Positions 58,099 through 64,000 of a stretch of DNA of 64,000 nucleotides are shown piece after piece. The notes below the pieces were generated by a model. That model made no database searches, was not told where the DNA came from, and saw nothing but the letters and a program-made list of their open reading frames with translations. The stretch spans positions 1-64,000 of the forward strand of contig NZ_JABEMC010000002.1 of assembly GCF_013004595.1 (NCBI RefSeq), read 5' to 3'. Source of the stretch: Brevibacterium luteolum. GTDB taxonomy: Bacteria > Actinomycetota > Actinomycetes > Actinomycetales > Brevibacteriaceae. Numbering within the stretch: position 1 is the first letter of the stretch; the number at the start of each line of letters is the position of its first letter. The translations under genes were made by a program, and so were the position numbers.

Positions 58099-58932
58099 TC
58101 AGTCGGTCTTCACGGCTGAGGGCTGGATGGTGAACGGGTTGTCGGCAAGCGCTCCGTAGGCTCCGGCCGAGGCGAGTTCGCCGAGCTGCTTCTCGGTGGC
58201 CACTCCGGTGACCCACGTCTGCACGTCGCTGCCGAACCACTCATCGAGGTTCTCAGCATCAGCCGACACCGCGGCCATCGGCGCATCAACGGCATCCGGG
58301 CTCTCCGCCTCCCCATCGAACAACGCAGTGAGCCCGGCATCGCCAGCCTGCTTGAGAACAGCAGGATCGTCGCTGCGGACGATGATCCCGTCGGTGCGAC
58401 CGGCGTCTTCGGCGGTGGTGATGACCTCGCCGATGGTGTCGGCGTCGACGGCGGGCATGAGCACGGTCGCGTTGCCGAAGTCTTCGAGGGCCTGCGCCCA
58501 TGTCAGTGTCGTGCCGGTGCGCTCGGAGTCCGTGGCGGGGGCGATCGCCGCCTCGGCGAAGGTCGCGTCGTCGGTCTCGATGACCGGCTTCTCAAGCCCG
58601 AGAGCCTTCGGCTCAGCTTCGGGGTCGGCGAGGACGAGGGTGCCGTCGGCGGTGCGGGCGAGGTCGACGGCCGGCAGGTACCCGAACTTCACGTCCTCGG
58701 CCAGCGCCTCCTTCGAGTTGGCCGGGTAGAGCGCCGAACCGCCCTGAACGGCGGCGACGACAGGGCTGTTGAGACTCGCGACGGTCAGGGACTTCGCGGG
58801 GCTGAGCATGTTGAAGGTCACGAGGCCGAGCACGGCGATGACGGCGATGCCGAGTGCGATGAACACCATCGGCGAGTTCTTGCGCTCGGGCTGTTCGGGC
58901 ACCGGCGTCCAGCCTTCGGGGGTCTTCGTCAT
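58099..58932 (-). CDS. Membrane-anchored glycerophosphodiester phosphodiesterase-like protein, degenerate
   Basis: TM helix then GG..YPANSKEA, DLARTADGTLVL and GALADNP pattern, with catalytic His missing. Confidence 0.65.
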   Translation of the reverse strand: MTKTPEGWTPVPEQPERKNSPMVFIALGIAVIAVLGLVTFNMLSPAKSLTVASLNSPVVAAVQGGSALYPANSKEALAEDVKFGYLPAVDLARTADGTLVLADPEAEPKALGLEKPVIETDDATFAEAAIAPATDSERTGTTLTWAQALEDFGNATVLMPAVDADTIGEVITTAEDAGRTDGIIVRSDDPAVLKQAGDAGLTALFDGEAESPDAVDAPMAAVSADAENLDEWFGSDVQTWVTGVATEKQLGELASAGAYGALADNPFTIQPSAVKTD

Positions 58933-60002
58933 GCGCGACTCCGATCGACGGTGTGCTTCGCTCCGGTGACAGTGCCGCGCAGGAATCCAGCACCCCAGCT
59001 CAGGTGCATCGTCGGCACGATCGCAGCGAACCACGCCCGCTCACCGGGCGCGCAGTCCCGGGCGCTGGCGGAAACGGCGAGGATCCCTGCCGCATAGGCG
59101 GCCACAGGCGCGAAGGTCGCCCGCCCGAGCACACGCACAGGTGCCGGGGCGCGGCGCATAGTGCCCGACGCCTCGGCGACGGCACAGACGGCGGCCGCCG
59201 CGGTTCCGAGGACGACCAGCGGGGGTGCGAAGTAGCGCGGGGAGTTCTTCGCGCCGTAGCGGCGGACGATCTCGGCGCGCCACGTGCCGGTGGCGTAGAA
59301 CTGCTGGACGACTTTGCGGTATTCGGCGCGCGGCCAGTAGGTCACCTGCAGGCGCGGGTCGAAGCGGACGCGGCCGCCGGCTTCGCGGATGCGCAGGTTG
59401 AGCTCCCAGTCCTGGCCGCGGCGCAGGGTGGTGTCGAAGCCGCCGAGGCGGTCGAAGACTTCGCGGCGGTAGATGCCGAGGTAGGCGGATTCGGCGTCCT
59501 GGGCTTCGTCGCCCGCGTGGTAGGCAGGGCCGCCGAGGCCGATGCGGGACATGTAGGCGCGGGCGACGGCCTTCTGCAGGGCTGTGCGGCCGCGGGCGAC
59601 CATGAGCCCGCCGCAGTTGGCGGCGCCGGTTTCGCGCAGCACGGCGATGCCGGTGGCGGTGTAGTCGGCGGTGAGCTCGGAGTGGGCGTCGACGCGGATG
59701 ATGACCGGGTGGCTGGTGGCCGCGACGGCGAGGTTGAGGCTCGTCGGGGTGTCGCCAGCGGGGTTGTGGACGAGGCGGATTCGCTCGTCAGCGGCGGCGA
59801 GGCGTTCGGCGATTCCCGTCGTGTCGTCAGTCGAGGGGCCGAGGGCGAGCACGATCTCCTTGGGGCCGGCGTAGTCCTGGGCGAGGATCGTGTCGACGGC
59901 TGCGGCCAAGTGCTCGGCTTCGTTGAGGACCGGCATGATGAAGGACACGCCCGGCTCGGCCGGCAGGGCTGGCAGTGACGCGGGGGCGAGGTCTGCTCTC
60001 AC
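58929..60002 (-). CDS. Glycosyltransferase family 2
   Basis: IMPVLNE, STDDT, RVDAH and GQDWELNLR. Confidence 0.94.
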   Translation of the reverse strand: MRADLAPASLPALPAEPGVSFIMPVLNEAEHLAAAVDTILAQDYAGPKEIVLALGPSTDDTTGIAERLAAADERIRLVHNPAGDTPTSLNLAVAATSHPVIIRVDAHSELTADYTATGIAVLRETGAANCGGLMVARGRTALQKAVARAYMSRIGLGGPAYHAGDEAQDAESAYLGIYRREVFDRLGGFDTTLRRGQDWELNLRIREAGGRVRFDPRLQVTYWPRAEYRKVVQQFYATGTWRAEIVRRYGAKNSPRYFAPPLVVLGTAAAAVCAVAEASGTMRRAPAPVRVLGRATFAPVAAYAAGILAVSASARDCAPGERAWFAAIVPTMHLSWGAGFLRGTVTGAKHTVDRSRA

Positions 60003-60778
60003 TTGTGCTGCTCGTACTCCTTCACGACGGCGTCGGTGTCCCCGTCGGCGAGCAGCTCGCCCTTCTCGATCCAGATGGTGCGGTTGCAGGTGTCGCGGAT
60101 CGAGCGCATCGAGTGGGACACGAGGAAGACGGTGCCGGCCTTTTCGCGGATGCCGCGGATCCGGGCCTCGGAGCGCTTCTGGAAGTCGCGGTCACCGACG
60201 GACAGGGCTTCGTCGACGATGAGGATCTCATGCTCTTTGGCGGTGGCGATGCCGAACTTCAGGCGCGCAGACATACCGGAGGAGTAGGTGCGCATCGGCA
60301 TGTCGATGAAGTCTCCGAGACCGGTGAATTCGACGATCTCGTCGTACTTCGACTCGATCTCCGCCCGCGTCATGCCCATCGCGAGGCCGCCGAGGATGAT
60401 GTTCCGCGAACCGGACAGGTCGCTCATGAGCGCGGCACCGACGCCGAGGAGGTTCGGCCGTGACTTCGCGTAGACGGCTCCCTTGGTGGGCGGGGTGAGT
60501 CCGGTGATGGTGCGCATGAGCGTCGACTTGCCCGAACCGTTGGTGCCGATGATCCCGATCGACTCGTTGGCGTAGGCGGTGAAGGATACGCCCTTGAGGG
60601 CGTGGACGGTGCGCAGCTCACGGCCGCGCTGCAGCAGGCCCTTGGCTGAGCCGGGGGTCAGGCGCTTGCCGGTGGCCAGGGTCTTGAAGTCGACGTAGAG
60701 GTCGTCGACGATGACGACGGGCTGGCCGTCTTCAGGACGGCTGCCGTCAGGGGTGCGGTGCTCAATCGTCTCGGCCAT
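59999..60778 (-). CDS. Teichoic acid/polysaccharide export ABC ATPase (TagH/Wzt-like)
   Basis: GTNGSGKST, YSSGMSARL and DEALSVGD. Confidence 0.93.
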   Translation of the reverse strand: MAETIEHRTPDGSRPEDGQPVVIVDDLYVDFKTLATGKRLTPGSAKGLLQRGRELRTVHALKGVSFTAYANESIGIIGTNGSGKSTLMRTITGLTPPTKGAVYAKSRPNLLGVGAALMSDLSGSRNIILGGLAMGMTRAEIESKYDEIVEFTGLGDFIDMPMRTYSSGMSARLKFGIATAKEHEILIVDEALSVGDRDFQKRSEARIRGIREKAGTVFLVSHSMRSIRDTCNRTIWIEKGELLADGDTDAVVKEYEQHK

Positions 60779-61610
60779 ATCGCTCCTCAGCTTTCCAGAA
60801 GAAGACGACGCCGATGCACAGGATGACAACGGCCCAGATGGCGTGCTTCCACCAGAAGTCGACGGGGATCTCGTACTCCGGCAGCAGGATGCCGCGGGCG
60901 ATGGCGAGCACCTCGTAGAGCGGATGCCAGTCATAGACCGCAGCGACAGTCGGGTACTTGTCGAGGACCGTCGCCGGGTCGAAGAAGACACCGGAGGTGT
61001 AGAAGATCATGCGGGAGATGTAGGGCACGAGCTGGCTGAGGTCGCGCAGATGGACGGTCAGACGGGCGAAGATGAGGGCCACGCCCTGGTTGAAGATCCA
61101 GAAGATGAGCACGAGGGGGATGAGCAGGAACCAGGTGAACTCCGGCCTGGCACCCCACAGCATCGTCAGGATGATCATGAGTGCCAGGGTCGGCACGAAG
61201 TTGAGCAGGTTCTGCAGCACAGTCGAGACCGGCAGGACGAGGCGCGGGAACGGCAGGGACTGCACGAGCGCTGAGTTCGAGATGATCGATTTGGCCCCGC
61301 CGTTCATCGAAGAGTTGAAGAACTCCAGCAGGAAGACGCCGATGATGACGTAGGGGACGAATCCCTCTGGCCGCATGGACCCGAGCACGAGGCCGAAGAC
61401 GAGGCCGTAGATGAGCGCGGAGAAGATCGGCCGCAGCAGCACCCACAGCATTCCCAGGCGGTTGCGCTCGTTCTCGCTTTGGATGCGGAACTTCGCGAGG
61501 CTGAAGATGAAGTCGCGCCGCCGCCACACCTCTTTCAGGTAGTGGGTCAGCGGCGGGCGGGCACCAACTCTGTCGAGTGAGTACTTCGCCGCCATCTCAG
61601 GCATGCTCAT
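60762..61610 (-). CDS. Teichoic acid/polysaccharide export ABC permease (TagG/Wzm-like)
   Basis: LGMLWVLLRP, FPRLVLP and RDLSQLVP. Confidence 0.92.
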   Translation of the reverse strand: MSMPEMAAKYSLDRVGARPPLTHYLKEVWRRRDFIFSLAKFRIQSENERNRLGMLWVLLRPIFSALIYGLVFGLVLGSMRPEGFVPYVIIGVFLLEFFNSSMNGGAKSIISNSALVQSLPFPRLVLPVSTVLQNLLNFVPTLALMIILTMLWGARPEFTWFLLIPLVLIFWIFNQGVALIFARLTVHLRDLSQLVPYISRMIFYTSGVFFDPATVLDKYPTVAAVYDWHPLYEVLAIARGILLPEYEIPVDFWWKHAIWAVVILCIGVVFFWKAEERYGRDD

Positions 61611-61703
61611 GGTGCGCAGAACGCCCTTCGTCGGTTACAGGATCAGTGCGGAACAGACACATTGTAATCAGGCCCGCTCTTAGCAGTGTACGAGGCCGGG
61701 CTC

Positions 61704-62923
61704 CTAGCTGCGCAGTCGGCGCACCCAGGCGCGCAGATCGAGCGCTCGGCCGGCCGCGTCCGAGGCGGTGGGCCGGCTGGCGGGCGGCAGGGCCAGAATC
61801 TTCCGGGCCGCGTTGTGGGCTGGCGGCTGGTTGAGTGTTTCGGCCCCGCACAGCACCCCATCGATGAAGTGCAGCACCTGGAAGCGCCCGGACTGCTCGT
61901 CTCCGCTGACGATCGCGGTGTCGGTGCCGGTGACCCGGCCGGCGGCGAAGACACGCTCGGGGCCCTGGAAGCTCCAGTGCCACGGCACGTCGGTCCAGGC
62001 AGCGTCGGTTGCACGGTCTGCTGCGCGGTCTGCTGCGGTTTCTGCGGAGGCGAGCTGCGCGCCGAGCCATGCGCCTTGGGAGGCGGCTGCGGCTTCGGAT
62101 TCCTGGGCACCCCAGGCTGCCATCGGACCGGTGGCGGGGTGGGCAAGATCACCGATCGCCCAGACGTTCGGGACGGTGGTGCCGCCGGCGCACACGTGCA
62201 GGCCGGCGTCGACGCGGAGCCGGCCGGCGCCGTCGCGGTCCCAGTCGGCGGGCAGCTCGGGCAGCACGGGGGCGGCGCCGATGGCGGCGATCCACAGTGC
62301 GTGGGCGGCGTAGTCGCTCGGGTCGGCATCGAGGACGAACCGCACGCCGGCGGCGGCGTGGCGGTCCATGAGCGCTCGGCTGATCGCCGGATGGTGGGCT
62401 GCGGCCAGCGGCTGGTCCCCGCGCAGGTAGACGGTGACCTGGTGTCCGGCGTCGGCGGCGCTGCGGGCGGCTTCGAGGGCGAGGTAGCCGGAGCCGAGGA
62501 TGCCGATGTCGGTGTTCGTCTTGGCTGCTTGCCGGATCGCTGCGGCGTCGGCGGCGGTGCGGATGGTGTGGACGGGTCCGCCGGGCAGTGGGGTCTGGGG
62601 CCGGCGTGCGCGCAGGCCGGTGGCGATGACGATGCGGCTGGCGTCGATCCGGCGGTGCTGCTGCTCGCTGCCGCCGGCGAGGGTGATGTGCCCGGGCGCG
62701 ATGTGCGTCGCACCAGTGCTCATGAGGGTGGCTTCGGGGGTGGGCAGCGGGGTGTGGCTGAGCTCGCGGGCGAAGAGGGTCTTCGACAGCGGCGGCAGTT
62801 CGCAGCGCTCGGGCCGCGGGTCGATGAGGATGAGGTCGGCGGTGCCGCCGGAGTCCCGGTAGCTGCGGGTGCATTCGGTGCCGGCGAGGCCGGCGCCGAT
62901 GATGGCGATGGTGTCCATAGGGC

Positions 62924-62927
<4 letters not shown>
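61704..62927 (-). CDS. Ferredoxin reductase-like FAD/NAD(P) oxidoreductase
   Basis: GAGLAG, PPLSK, IATG, GSGYLALE, AIGD and PWHWS. Confidence 0.85.

Positions 62928-64000
<1,073 letters not shown>

Overview
High-GC actinobacterial chromosome segment, most likely Micrococcales and possibly Brevibacterium-like (inferred from the tRNA-Phe fragment and gene content, not tested). The backbone is a dispersed purine cluster (purM, purF, purD, purC, purS, purQ, purL, purA) plus ptrB, trhO, a BCCT transporter, a MetE-like enzyme, a tagG/tagH-type export operon and partial gltD. Accessory DNA: (1) at the left end, the remnant of an element integrated at tRNA-Phe, with an att duplication at 1827-1871 and a RepSA-type initiator broken by an IS3 element that is itself broken by a second IS3 element; (2) a putative secreted cationic bacteriocin precursor plus a small membrane protein (24082-24845); (3) a 5'-truncated Fic gene; (4) a low-GC secreted protein/membrane protein pair beside a complete ISL3 element (8-bp target duplication) whose transposase appears to lack its first catalytic Asp; (5) a ~9.4 kb block between purA and the DUF3151 gene encoding a CYP151-like (PipA/MorA) P450-ferredoxin-reductase system for cyclic amines, with a gamma-glutamylation module, a signal-less solute-binding-fold protein, a double C26 hydrolase and a GntR + stand-alone Cache pair. 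Items 5 and 2 are the best candidates for under-described systems. All family calls come from motif recognition by eye; no searches were run and GC remarks are visual estimates.
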